Shown here piece by piece: positions 9,761-19,965 of a DNA stretch of 64,000 bases. The notes under the pieces are model-generated. The model ran no database searches. It was not told the DNA's origin and saw only the letters and a list, made by a program, of their open reading frames with translations. Within the stretch, counting starts at the first letter, position 1. The number at the start of each line of letters is the position of its first letter. The DNA comes from an uncultured Chloroflexia bacterium (GTDB lineage: Bacteria > Chloroflexota > Anaerolineae > B4-G1 > SLSP01). Made by a program: the position numbers and the translations under genes. Location: positions 160,001 through 224,000 of the forward strand of contig CAVVUS010000030.1 of NCBI GenBank assembly GCA_963751345.1, in the 5' to 3' direction.

Positions 9761-11396
9761 TCACGGAATGGCATCCGGCAGGCTGGGCGGTACGATACGC
9801 ACCTTCACCTCGGGCCTCGACGCATCCATCAGCCGGTCGTAGCCCAACAAAGGGACCAATACGCGGACGGTGCCTATCGTGGGCACCGTGAAAGAGAGCT
9901 GGCCCTGTTCGTCGGTGTAACCCTGCGCCAATTCAGCACTGCCGTCGGGAGAGAGCACCTGCACGAAGAAGCCGGCAATACCCTCGCCGGCGCCCATCTG
10001 ACCGTCGAGGTCGGCGTCGAAGTACACCAGCACCCGGAATGTGCGGAACCCATTTGGCTCGGGTGTCGCAGTTGGCGGTTCCGGTCGTGTGACCAAGCGG
10101 AAGTTCAGCTGAAGCTCCCCGCTCTCCGGCGTGGGCGTGGGCGTCGCTATCACCGATGTCTGCGGCGTCGGTGTGGGCGCAACTGTGGCCACAGGCGTGG
10201 TATTCAGGGGCTTTGCTCACCGGCGTCGGCTGCCCCGGCGCAGGCGTCGGCTGACCCGGAACTTCCAAATTGCATGAGATGGTATAGGAGCTGTTGACCG
10301 TGTCGCGCCTGGCCATCCGGGTTCCCTGTCCCACCAGAATGTAGACAAAGCCCTCGTAATTGGCGTAGTAGGAAAGACGGCTGTTGAAGTCGCCCAGCGC
10401 AATGTCGTCGTTCGCCATCACGAAGAACTGATCGCCGGGCCCATTGTAGAACACCATCCGGGGATCCACCGCCGGATCGAGGTCCGAGGTCTCACACGTG
10501 AGCTGCAGACCCGGCTTGACGCGGACCTTGAGATAGTCATTGTCAAAGTCTGCCCCGCCCCAGGGGATGAAGTTCATCTGATAGCTGAGTCCCGGGGCAA
10601 TCGTCGTGGCAAGGTCGAACTCGAAATTCGGCTCGTACTGGTCGAATCCCGTCATCCATGTGGGTCCGGGGGCCGGCGTCGATGTCGGCCCGGGTGCCCC
10701 GGTCGGGGTTGCCGTGGGCGTTGACGTGGGCGCCGTGTAGTTGTAGATCAATGAATAAGTGTAGCCCGAGCATTGTGCGCTGACCTGGTAGACCTCGATA
10801 TAGAAAGGCCCGGGATTATCGGGGATCAGCGAAATGCTCGCACTGTAGGAGGATGTGTCCTCATCGACGATGATCACGTCGTGGTTGGCATTGTAGACGC
10901 TTGATGCCCAGGTTGTAATTGACGGTTCGATCCGGTTTGGCCTGGATAGTATAGAGCGCGCCGACCGTGGCGTTGTCAAGTCGGAAGAAATCCGGTGTCG
11001 TAGGCACGGAAAGGCGCCGGGAACATCTGTCGCGGCCACAAGCGACAGACTCGTGTAGTTGGAGACCTGGATAGTGGTGTCGAAATCGTGGTTGTTCCAG
11101 TTGCTGTCCGCCGTCGTGGTCTGCGGTGGTCTCCAAAGTACAATTGATCACGTCTTGGGCCAGCCCAAGCTTCGGCAGCGCCCCGAGTGCGCCGCCCCAG
11201 TCATAACCGGAGGCCGTCATCCGGATGGCACCGCCGGCAGGTCTGCCGAAAACGGCCATGGCAGTCAGGCTCCCGGATGACCCCGAAGCCCGATGGCAGC
11301 CAACCACGCCAGACACAGCACAGCGAGGAAGCTCCCGATCAGCCCGATGCGGGCCCGGGGGCCCCTAACCCCGCCGAGGGATGTGATTCCTGCCAT
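9761..11396 (-). CDS. Secreted/surface protein (PPC-like domains, PT linkers, SdrD-B/Cna-B-like C-terminus); several frameshifts
   Basis: Hydrophobic N-terminus from ATG 11396; DQYEPN..F..ATTI, NDD, PTPTP linkers, [15 protein letters not shown]. Confidence 0.6.
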
Positions 11397-11432
11397 TTAG
11401 GTCCGCCTTCTTGTCCTGGAAGCGCCCAGGTC

Positions 11433-13619
11433 TCAATGCTCCGAGACGGGCTCCATCGGCGCCATGCTGCTCAGGAGCTTCTTTACGCCGATCCCATTAC
11501 CAAACAACACGGTGACCATCTCGTGACGACCCTCAAGTTCGCTCTCCAGCACCATCCCCTCACCATAGAAAGCGTGGGAGACCCGCTGCCCGGAGCGATA
11601 TTGCAGCTCGGGCCGGGACACCTCTACCTCCGGCGTCGATCGGACCCCCCAGGACTGGGCCCTCCAGCTCGGGCGCGATCCCCGTTGCTTGCGACCCTCA
11701 GCCTGTTTGAGCACCTCATCGGGCAGGTCATCGAGGAAGCGCGAGGGTGCAGAGGGTTCACTGTCGCGGTATCCCCGCCATCCGCGGCGAAAGGCATAGG
11801 TAAGGTACAGGCGCCGCTCGGCCCGCGTCATCCCAACGTAGAGCAGACGCCGCTCCTCAGCGACCTCGGATGGGGACTCCATCGATCGGCTGTGCGGCAG
11901 CAGTCCCTCCTCCAATCCTGTGAGGAACACGACCGGGTACTCCAACCCCTTTGCGCTATGCAAAGTCATCAACGTCACCGCATCGACCTCTTCGGAGAGT
12001 TCGTCGACGTCGGCCACCAATGCAACATCGGTCAGGAAATCGGTCAATGAAATGTTGAGGGACTCCGCCACGACGGCGCGCAGCGCCATCACGTTCTCCC
12101 ACCGGGATTCCCCCTGATCGCTGCCATCTCGCGTGTAGGATTCATAGTCGGTATCGCCAATTACACGATCGATGAGCAGTGCCACACTGAGCTCCTCGCG
12201 AAGCTCCGTCCATTGATGGACCATCGTCGCAAAGGCCATCAGCGCCCGCTCGGCCCGGCTGCGCAGATCCTCTGACTGGACCAGGGAAAGCATCCCTTGA
12301 TAGAGACTGCCGCCCATCCGCCGCGCTTCCGCCGCTATGCGGTCGATGGTGCGCGTGCCGATACCCCGGGGCGGGACGTTGACGACACGCATGAAGCTCA
12401 CGTCGTCGTCAGGATTTTGGGCCAGCCGGATGAAGCCCAGAACATCCTTGATCTCCTTCCGCGAGTAGAATCGCGTGGCCCCGATGAGCCGGTAGGGTAT
12501 GTTCTGACGAATGAGGCTCTCCTCCAGGGCCCGGGATTGCGCGTTGGTCCGGTACATTACGGCGATATCCCCGTGCGCGTAGCCCGTTCGGAGCAGTTGT
12601 GTGATCTCACGCGTAACGTAGTCCGCTTCCTCCTGCTCGTCATACGCCTCGTGCAGGACAATCGGCTGACCGCCCGCCTTGTCCGTGAACAAATGCTTTG
12701 GCGTGCGATCGACGTTGCGGGCGATAATCGCTTGGGCCCCGTCGAGGATAATCTGTGTCGACCGGTAGTTCTTCTCCAGCAGGAACTCCTGTAGCCCAGG
12801 GAAATCCTCGCGGAGCCGCAGGATATTCCGATAGTCGGCGCCTCGCCAGGAGTAAATCGATTGATCCTCATCCGCCACGACGTAGAGGCTCCGGTTTTCA
12901 GAGGCGAGCTGCTTCAGAATGACGTACTGGGCGATATTCGTGTCCTGGAACTCATCCACCAGGATGTGCCTAAAACGATCGCGGTAGCGCTCGCGAATTG
13001 CTGAATCCGTCTGCAACATCCGGGCGGTCTCCATCAGCAGATCGTCGAAGTCCAGGCCATCATTCTTGCGCAGAGCCTCTTGATAGCGGGCGTAGACACG
13101 CACGACGATCTCGTCATAATAGGTGTTGACCGGATAGTCGGTCGGCAGTAGGAGTTCGTTCTTTGCTGCGGAAATAGCGTTCAACAGCGAGCGAGGACGG
13201 TATCGTTTGTCATCTAGCCCGATGTCAGCAACGACCTGCTTCATCACCGTGAGTTGATCGTCGGTGTCAAAGATCTGGTAGTTCGGCGAGAGACCTAGGC
13301 TCTCGGCCTCACGCCGGAGAATCCGGGCACACGTCGCGTGAAAGGTGCCCAGGGTCATCGCCCGGGTGGATGCATCGCCGAGCATCGCGCCCAATCGGTG
13401 CAACATCTCACGGGCCGCCTTATTGGTAAACGTGACGGCGAGCACGTGCCACGGCGGGATATCCAGCTCGGACAGCATCCAGGCGATCCGGTGCGTCAAG
13501 ACACGCGTCTTGCCCGAACCTGGGCCCGCCAGCACCAACACAGGGCCGGTGGGAATAGTCACGGCGGCGCGCTGTTGGGCGTTGAGGATTTTCAGTAGGG
13601 GATGGTTGTCGTGTTCCAT
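11433..13619 (-). CDS. pcrA: ATP-dependent DNA helicase PcrA/UvrD
   Basis: AGPGSGKT, FTNKAA, DEFQDTN, NYRS, YRTNAQS, HSAKGLE, EERRLLYVGMTRA. Confidence 0.95.
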   Translation of the reverse strand: MEHDNHPLLKILNAQQRAAVTIPTGPVLVLAGPGSGKTRVLTHRIAWMLSELDIPPWHVLAVTFTNKAAREMLHRLGAMLGDASTRAMTLGTFHATCARILRREAESLGLSPNYQIFDTDDQLTVMKQVVADIGLDDKRYRPRSLLNAISAAKNELLLPTDYPVNTYYDEIVVRVYARYQEALRKNDGLDFDDLLMETARMLQTDSAIRERYRDRFRHILVDEFQDTNIAQYVILKQLASENRSLYVVADEDQSIYSWRGADYRNILRLREDFPGLQEFLLEKNYRSTQIILDGAQAIIARNVDRTPKHLFTDKAGGQPIVLHEAYDEQEEADYVTREITQLLRTGYAHGDIAVMYRTNAQSRALEESLIRQNIPYRLIGATRFYSRKEIKDVLGFIRLAQNPDDDVSFMRVVNVPPRGIGTRTIDRIAAEARRMGGSLYQGMLSLVQSEDLRSRAERALMAFATMVHQWTELREELSVALLIDRVIGDTDYESYTRDGSDQGESRWENVMALRAVVAESLNISLTDFLTDVALVADVDELSEEVDAVTLMTLHSAKGLEYPVVFLTGLEEGLLPHSRSMESPSEVAEERRLLYVGMTRAERRLYLTYAFRRGWRGYRDSEPSAPSRFLDDLPDEVLKQAEGRKQRGSRPSWRAQSWGVRSTPEVEVSRPELQYRSGQRVSHAFYGEGMVLESELEGRHEMVTVLFGNGIGVKKLLSSMAPMEPVSEH

Positions 13620-13759
13620 ACAGGTTATTGTAGCACGTGGACAGGTGTGAGCAACCTTGCGAAGGTCACGAACAGCCCATGCTGAAAGCGGCCTCTCGGT
13701 TTCCCGCACGCGATGATGCGCAGCATGCAGGCTAACCTTCCCAGAGCTGGCATTTGGCG

Positions 13760-15430
13760 CTACCGATGGCGGACAATGCCCCATAGAATCCGCACCCCCA
13801 TCAGGATTGCGATGATGAAGCTCATGATGACCGCAGCCTGTACCAGCCAGTTCGCACCGGTTACCGCAGGGATCAGCCATGCCAGCCCCACGATCATCCC
13901 TGCGATGATCAAGCTCAGCGACAGACGCGTGACCAGGCGGTCCAGGAAATCCAGGCTGTGGTCGTCCAATGCCAGCTTTACCGGCTCGTGCCTCGTCAGC
14001 CGATCGATGATCAGTTGTCCTGCGCGAGGCAGCTCGTCGATGAGATCCACCCAGGCCATACCCCGGCGGATGACGTCAGAAACCGTACGCTGATCGGGGA
14101 CGAGCGTCTGCAGGATGAGGTGCGTGACATAGGGTGCGGAGAAGGCGAAAATATCGAAGTCAGGCGCAAGACTGAGGGCGATGCCCTCCATCATTGCCAA
14201 CGTCTTGGCCAGCAACCAGTAGTTGGTCGGCATCCTCAGCCGGTGCTCGAAGACAACGGGCATCACATCTTCAAGAAGATCCGCAAACCGCATCTCCTTC
14301 AGGGCGCGACCGCCATAGTGCTGAAGAAGCCGGTCAATGTCGCGGGTCAGGGATTGACGATCGACGTCCGGCGGAGCTGCATGGATATGGATGAGTTCCT
14401 CGGTGGCCCCCTTGGCATTCCTCTGCACCGCCACATTGTAGAGGCGGATGAGATTCACCCGGTCGCTGCGGCTCAAATACCCCACCATACCGAAATCCAT
14501 TGCGCCGATGACGTTGTCCTCCATCACAGCGAAATTGCCGGGGTGGGGGTCAGCGTGGAAGAATCCGTCCTCAAGGACCTCTTGGATGACCATCCGGGCG
14601 GCGTTGGTGGTGACCTCATAGCGATCGTACCCCGCAGCATCTATCGCCTCGATTTGGTCGATCTTGATCCCCTCGATGTATTCCAGGACAAGTAAGCGCT
14701 TTGTCGTAAACTCCCAATAGACGGAGGGAATATAGATCCCCGGCTCGTCCTGGAAGTTCCGGCGGAAACGATCGGCGTTTCGTCCTTCGGCGACATAGTC
14801 GAGCTCGTGGGTGAGTGTATCGGCGAAATCCTCTGCGATCTCCACCAGGTCGTAGACCTGTCCCAAAGGCGTATGGTGCTCGGCGTAGTGTGCGAGATCG
14901 TGGATAATCTCCAGATCGGTGTGGATGGTCCGCAGAATGTTGGGGCGTTGTACCTTCAACGCGACGCGTTGATGGGTCGTAAGCCTCGCAATATGAACCT
15001 GTGCCAGCGAAGCCGAGGCAACCGGCACGGTGTGAATCTCATCGAAGACATCCTCGAGAGGTCGATCGAGTTCGGTCTTGAGAACCTTCTCGATCTCAGG
15101 CCAATCAACGGGCTTGACCTTGTCCTGGAGCTTGATTAGTTCGGTAATGTAATCGGGGGGAAGTACGTCGGGGCGGGTACTCAGAACCTGGCCTAGTTTG
15201 ACAAAGGTGGGGCCGAGTTCCTCCAGCGCTTGGCGGAAGTGGAAGGGAAGCGAAGCTCGTTCTTCTTTCGGATAGGGATAGAGATCCCGCAACCATAGGG
15301 GCTCGGCGGGCAGGTGGGACAGCATGAAGCCGAATCCGTGACGCGTGAACACGACCAGGATCTGCCGGTACCGTTGCAGATGCCGGATGGGACGCGAAAT
15401 CGTCGGAAACCTGAACCCCGCCGTTCCCAC
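13760..15430 (-). CDS. AarF/ABC1/UbiB atypical kinase
   Basis: LGPTFVKLGQ, ASASLAQVH, KVQRP, FFHADPHPGN, DFGMVG; two C-terminal TMs. Confidence 0.92.
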   Translation of the reverse strand: MGTAGFRFPTISRPIRHLQRYRQILVVFTRHGFGFMLSHLPAEPLWLRDLYPYPKEERASLPFHFRQALEELGPTFVKLGQVLSTRPDVLPPDYITELIKLQDKVKPVDWPEIEKVLKTELDRPLEDVFDEIHTVPVASASLAQVHIARLTTHQRVALKVQRPNILRTIHTDLEIIHDLAHYAEHHTPLGQVYDLVEIAEDFADTLTHELDYVAEGRNADRFRRNFQDEPGIYIPSVYWEFTTKRLLVLEYIEGIKIDQIEAIDAAGYDRYEVTTNAARMVIQEVLEDGFFHADPHPGNFAVMEDNVIGAMDFGMVGYLSRSDRVNLIRLYNVAVQRNAKGATEELIHIHAAPPDVDRQSLTRDIDRLLQHYGGRALKEMRFADLLEDVMPVVFEHRLRMPTNYWLLAKTLAMMEGIALSLAPDFDIFAFSAPYVTHLILQTLVPDQRTVSDVIRRGMAWVDLIDELPRAGQLIIDRLTRHEPVKLALDDHSLDFLDRLVTRLSLSLIIAGMIVGLAWLIPAVTGANWLVQAAVIMSFIIAILMGVRILWGIVRHR

Positions 15431-15534
15431 TCTATGTTCACCTCGGATGAACCTCGCGTACGCCTTTCAATGATTGTGGCATCTTCCTCCCTCCCGTCAA
15501 GTACGGCTTTCCCAGGTACCGTGCACCAGCCGGA

Positions 15535-16272
15535 TTATCCGAACCCCAGCAGTCTGTATCGCAGCAGTGTCCAGAGCACGGTAAAGCCGTCGCGCCAGGA
15601 GATCTTCTTGCCTTCGGTGAACTCCCGACCGCTGTAGGAGATGGGCACCTCGTAAATACGATAGCTGCTCAGTAGGATCTGGGCCGTGATCTCGGGATCG
15701 AAGCCCCATCCCCGTGCTTGAAGCTTCAGCTTATCGGCCACCTCGCGGGTGAAAACCTTGTAACAGGTCTCCATGTCGCTCAGAATCGTGTTATAGAGGA
15801 TGTTGGTCACCAAAGTCAGGAACCGGTTGCCGAGCATATGCCAGAAGAACATCGCCTTGGTCGGCCCGCCTCTGAAGCGTGAGCCGTAGACCACGTGTGT
15901 GCGGTGTTCCAGTATCGGCTGCAGCAGGTTGACATACTCACGGGGATCGTACTCGAGATCGGCATCCTGGATCAAACAAATGTCTCCGGTGATCGCCTGC
16001 AGGCCGGTCCATACAGCGCCGCCCTTACCCTGATTCTTCTCGTGGAAGATAACCACGACGTCGGGTAGGTCGCGCAGGGTATCCAGATATTCCCGCGTTC
16101 CATCGGTAGAGCCATCATCGACGATGACGACCTCCCGGTCCACGTGTAACACGCTCTCGTTCGCGTGGTTTGCCCAAACGTGCACATCGAGATGGACCGC
16201 GCGAACGCGAGCAATGATCTCATCAATGGTCTCGATTTCATTGTACGCGGGAATGACGACAGAAAGCTTCAC
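15535..16272 (-). CDS. Glycosyltransferase family 2 (DPM1-like)
   Basis: SVVIPAYNE, VDDGSTDGT, NQGKG, QDADLEY, GSRF, DMETCYK. Confidence 0.9.
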   Translation of the reverse strand: MKLSVVIPAYNEIETIDEIIARVRAVHLDVHVWANHANESVLHVDREVVIVDDGSTDGTREYLDTLRDLPDVVVIFHEKNQGKGGAVWTGLQAITGDICLIQDADLEYDPREYVNLLQPILEHRTHVVYGSRFRGGPTKAMFFWHMLGNRFLTLVTNILYNTILSDMETCYKVFTREVADKLKLQARGWGFDPEITAQILLSSYRIYEVPISYSGREFTEGKKISWRDGFTVLWTLLRYRLLGFG

Positions 16273-16285
16273 GTGCACCTCCGAA

Positions 16286-16910
16286 TCATACGTGGTGGCG
16301 CGGGCGGGAGTCCGACGGCATACCGTGCGGCCAGACGTCGGCAAGCAGGACCTTGCGCTCAACGGCGTTCATCTCTCGCCATTGTCCGGGGTCCAGATCC
16401 GCTGGCAACGTCACACCGCCAATGGCCACGCGGACCAATCGCACCGTCGGATGTCCAACCGCCGCGGTCATACGCTTGATCTGACGGTTCATGCCCTCGT
16501 GGAGTACCATCCGCAGCCAACTTGTCTTGTCCGGCGGTGGCATAGGGTTCGGCGCAGGGGGCAATGGCGGGAGACCCGGCAAGAATCTCGATGTTGGCAG
16601 GCCGGGTCCTCCCCAACTTGATCTCCACACCCTCCCGAAGCTGCCGGAGTGCCTCAACGTCAGGCCGCCCCAGGACGAGAGCGAAGTAGGTCTTGGCGTG
16701 GCTGAAGTGTGGGTGCGTCAGCCGGTGAAGGGTCTGGCCATCATCCATGAGGACCAGCAAGCCCTCGCTGTCGAGGTCCAGGCGGCCGGCCGGTTGAAGG
16801 TAGGTCGGAATCCCCATTGAGGAAAGCGTTTCACGCCCCAGGCGATCACTGTAGTGCTTGCATAGGACGCCATAGGGCTTGTAGGCCACCCCATAATGGT
16901 ATAGCGACAT
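16286..16910 (-). CDS. rRNA pseudouridine synthase (RsuA/RluE family); frameshift near 16570
   Basis: [16 protein letters not shown], then [23 protein letters not shown] in a second frame. Confidence 0.85.
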
Positions 16911-17048
16911 GGTCACGATTATAACACAAGTGCGCGGTCGACAAGCTGCGTGGATCACATGAATAACTCAATACAGAGAAATTACAGAATTTTTACCAGC
17001 ACACAGGTATACTAAAGTGGCGGGACACGCGCCCTCAAACATGTTTAC

Positions 17049-17077
17049 TTGCCTATGGATTGGAATATATGTATAAT
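17049..17077 (+). promoter_or_regulatory. sigma70 promoter of spoVS
   Basis: TTGCCT, 17 nt, TATAAT. Confidence 0.55.
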
Positions 17078-17118
17078 GAAATAACAGCATGCTCTAAACT
17101 GCTTACAAGGAGGCTCGC

Positions 17119-17427
17119 ATGGATCTGGTCAAAGTTGCGGCGAGTTCGCGTTCCACATCTGTGGCGGGCGCCATCGCCGGCATCATCAGGGAAAAGGGAC
17201 GTGTCGACGTCCAGGCCATCGGCGCTGGTGCAGTCAATCAGGCAATCAAAGCCATCGCGATTGCACGCGGGTACCTGGCGATGGACGATATCGACATCGC
17301 GTGTATTCCCCAATTCTCCGAAGTCGACATCGACGGCAAAGAACGCACCGCAATCAAGCTCACCGTAGAATCCCAGCTCGTCTTGCTGCCCCAAGAGGAG
17401 AGCATAGCCTTGGAGGAAAGTAAGTAG
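17119..17427 (+). CDS. spoVS: Stage V sporulation protein S family
   Basis: KVAASS..SVAGAIAG, QAIGAGAVNQAIKAIAIARGY. Confidence 0.92.
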   Translation: MDLVKVAASSRSTSVAGAIAGIIREKGRVDVQAIGAGAVNQAIKAIAIARGYLAMDDIDIACIPQFSEVDIDGKERTAIKLTVESQLVLLPQEESIALEESK

Positions 17428-17434
17428 CGCGGCC

Positions 17435-18451
17435 CTAGCCGCGGGGGGGCAAGTCCGGTAGTGAGAGCAGCAAGTTCTCGACCATCAACTGAGTGTTCGC
17501 GTTAGCCAGAAGTGCCTCTTGCGATTGCTCGAGCGCAGCCAGGATATCAACTGTCTGCGCCACACTCATCCTTCCGGCTATCGACACCATAAACTCGCGC
17601 TGCTCCACATGCACAAGTGCCGCATCGTTGTTCGTCTGAACAAGCAAAACATCACGCCAAAACGTCAGCCAGGTCTCCAGAGTCTCCGCCAGCACCCCAT
17701 CATCCTGGGCCAAGGTATGGGCGGTCATGAAACGTGCCGGGAGTTCTTGCTGCAGGACTGAAACGAGCGTATCGACCGCGGCTCGCATACGATCGAGTGT
17801 TTCCGGCTCTGTGATCGCCCGCACTGCCCATCCGACCCGTCCCCCGGAGACACGCGCCAAACGTCCGGCAGTCTCGGCGTCTACATCCCACTTCGCGGTC
17901 AAGGCGTCCGCGATATCCTGGCTTGAAAGAGGTCTGAGCGCTATCTGCTGCGTCCGCGAGACGATGGTTGGCAGCAGCAGGTCGGCGTCCGTCGCCACAA
18001 GGATGAGATGCGCGTAACTCGGGGGCTCCTCCAGCGTCTTGAGCAGGGCATTGGCCGCCCCGATCGTCGCACGCTCAAAATCGGCGATCAACGCAATCTT
18101 GCGGGCACTTTCATTCGGCGTCAACGCCAGGAAACGCTCAATCTCGCGGATTTGGTCGATCTTCAGGTGCGACGTTCGGTCTCCGGCATCCACCCCCATG
18201 AAATCCGGATGGTTTCCCGACGCCAGTTTGCGGCAAGACAGGCAGTGACCGCATGGCCGGTCGCCATCGGAACGGCAGAGGATCGCCGCAATGAACTGCC
18301 GTGCCAGAGTGTATTTGCCGACACTTTCCGGACCGGTGATCAACAATGCGTGCGGGATCTCGTCCGTCGCAATCGCGTGACGAAGCTGTTGTACAGCCCA
18401 CCGGTGCCCGACGATGGGCCACGGTGCAGCCCCAATCCCCTCGTCTGTCAC
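17435..18451 (-). CDS. holB: DNA polymerase III delta' subunit
   Basis: HALLITGPESVGK, PCGHCLSC, NHPD, AANALLKTLEEPP, LLPTIVSR. Confidence 0.9.
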   Translation of the reverse strand: MTDEGIGAAPWPIVGHRWAVQQLRHAIATDEIPHALLITGPESVGKYTLARQFIAAILCRSDGDRPCGHCLSCRKLASGNHPDFMGVDAGDRTSHLKIDQIREIERFLALTPNESARKIALIADFERATIGAANALLKTLEEPPSYAHLILVATDADLLLPTIVSRTQQIALRPLSSQDIADALTAKWDVDAETAGRLARVSGGRVGWAVRAITEPETLDRMRAAVDTLVSVLQQELPARFMTAHTLAQDDGVLAETLETWLTFWRDVLLVQTNNDAALVHVEQREFMVSIAGRMSVAQTVDILAALEQSQEALLANANTQLMVENLLLSLPDLPPRG

Positions 18452-18991
18452 ACTGCCACCTCGTTCAACGTTGCTATGACTTCCTCGGCGAGAAGAGCAG
18501 GTAGCTCTCCACGATTGTCCGGCGTCACACGGACGATGAAGGCAACAGCCGGCATTCAATTGGGCAAGCGCCTCGCCCAGTAGCTCGGGACGCACAACGA
18601 GGATAGCGTAGGCGTAGACGCTACCTGCAAGCAATCCGAACACGTTGGCCCATCCCTGGCCATATCTCAATTCCAGTGGGCCAATCTCATCAAGAACGAA
18701 GACCTGGGTGGGGAAAGCCTCTTCCAAAGCACGACGGCTGCGATCCAATGCCCCAACGTTCATCGTGAAATGGCGCGTCGGTGAACCCGGCAGATCCACG
18801 AAGGGATCCGTAAGCGGATACCGTGCACCGGTGCGCAGCTCGGTGACGGCAAGGTCGTGGACAGCGGTGCGCTCGGTCAGAAGACCCGAAACCTCGATGC
18901 CCGCGTCCTGCAGCATCGTCACGGCACCCCGGAGGGCTGTGCTCTTTCCGACCTGCCGCGTCCCTGTGACCAGCAATATCTTTACATCCAT
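18448..18991 (-). CDS. Nucleoside-triphosphatase (THEP1/DUF2478-like); a frameshift fuses it to holB in the ORF track
   Basis: LVTGTRQVGKST Walker A, FVLDEIGPLEL Walker B, ILVVR. Confidence 0.7.
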
Positions 18992-19010
18992 AGCCGCATC
19001 CATTGTGATA

Positions 19011-19050
19011 CAAAAGAGGGCCGGTGGCAAGCCATCGGCCCTCTCTCTCA
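19011..19050 (-). terminator. Intrinsic terminator after tmRNA
   Basis: agagggccgatggc ttgccaccggccctct followed by a T-run on the minus strand. Confidence 0.7.
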
Positions 19051-19053
19051 TCA

Positions 19054-19450
19054 GGTGGAGATGGCGGGAATCGAACCCGCGTCCGAAGAATTCGACAATG
19101 AATCTCTACGAGCGTAGCCGGCGATTTCATTTCACACGGGGGGTCGTTGTCGGCCACGCCACACCCGTGCAAGCCGAAAAGTCTTGGGCTAGTGTATCGG
19201 CGTCAACCAGCTAGCGCGCACACTTTATGTCACCTGACTCTAGCACGCATGCGAGACGCTAGAGAGGCGTGACCGGATACCCGGTCAGGTTTTGGGTTTA
19301 GTCGCCTACTGCTTACGCAGCGACGGCGACGGGCGCCCAGTTGTTTGCCATAGTGTTGGCATTTGTTGGTTTGCTTCTGGGTTTACGGAGACGAAGCCTC
19401 CCCGGCCCGCAACGCACTGCCAGCCTCCCCCGTCGAAACCTATCATCCCC
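19054..19450 (-). ncRNA. ssrA: tmRNA; tag peptide (A)ANTMANNWAPVAVAA
   Basis: 5' GGGGATGATAGGTTTCGAC, 3' GGTTCGATTCCCGCCATCTCCACC; tag ORF ends VAA-TAA. Confidence 0.95.
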
Positions 19451-19519
19451 AAGCAAAGTATAGCAGATTCGAGGTGAATATCAAGGTTCGGTGACAGCTT
19501 CCGGGGTATAATCAGAGCC

Positions 19520-19888
19520 GTGGACCGGCAAACGTTTGAAACCTTAGTAGCACAGGCCGCCGACGCGCTGCCGCCGGACTTTATGGCCGCCCTCGATAAC
19601 GTCGAGATCGTCGTCGAGGAATGGCCGGATCAAGTGACCATGCGGCAGGCCGGCATCCGCAGCCCGGCTGCACTGCTGGGCTTCTACCATGGGATCCCAA
19701 AGACACGGCGTACGCGCAGCTACACCTTAGTCTTGCCTGACAAGATCAGCATCTATCGCGGGCCCATCTTAATGCGATGCCGAAGTGACGAAGAAGCCAA
19801 GGCGCTCATCGAGCACGTCTTGCACCACGAGATCGCCCATTATTTCGGAATTGACGACGACCGCCTTAGGAAGCTCGGGGTCTATTAG
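19520..19888 (+). CDS. Zincin-like metallopeptidase (Zincin_1)
   Basis: LLGFYHG, PDKISIYR, HEIAHYFGIDDDRL. Confidence 0.85.
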   Translation: MDRQTFETLVAQAADALPPDFMAALDNVEIVVEEWPDQVTMRQAGIRSPAALLGFYHGIPKTRRTRSYTLVLPDKISIYRGPILMRCRSDEEAKALIEHVLHHEIAHYFGIDDDRLRKLGVY

Positions 19889-19907
19889 GCCGCGCGATAC
19901 GCAGCCC

Positions 19908-19949
19908 CTTGCGGAGATGGCCGCACCGCATCCGGGCCATCTCCGCAAG
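19908..19949. terminator. Hairpin between convergent genes
   Basis: cttgcggagatggcc...ggccatctccgcaag. Confidence 0.7.
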
Positions 19950-19965
19950 CATGGATGATCCGGCG

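Noticed and set aside
17435-19051. Apparent NTPase-HolB fusion (538-aa ORF)
   Set aside because: The junction is non-protein-like and a GTGA start/stop overlap exists at 18448-18451; it is a frameshift artefact
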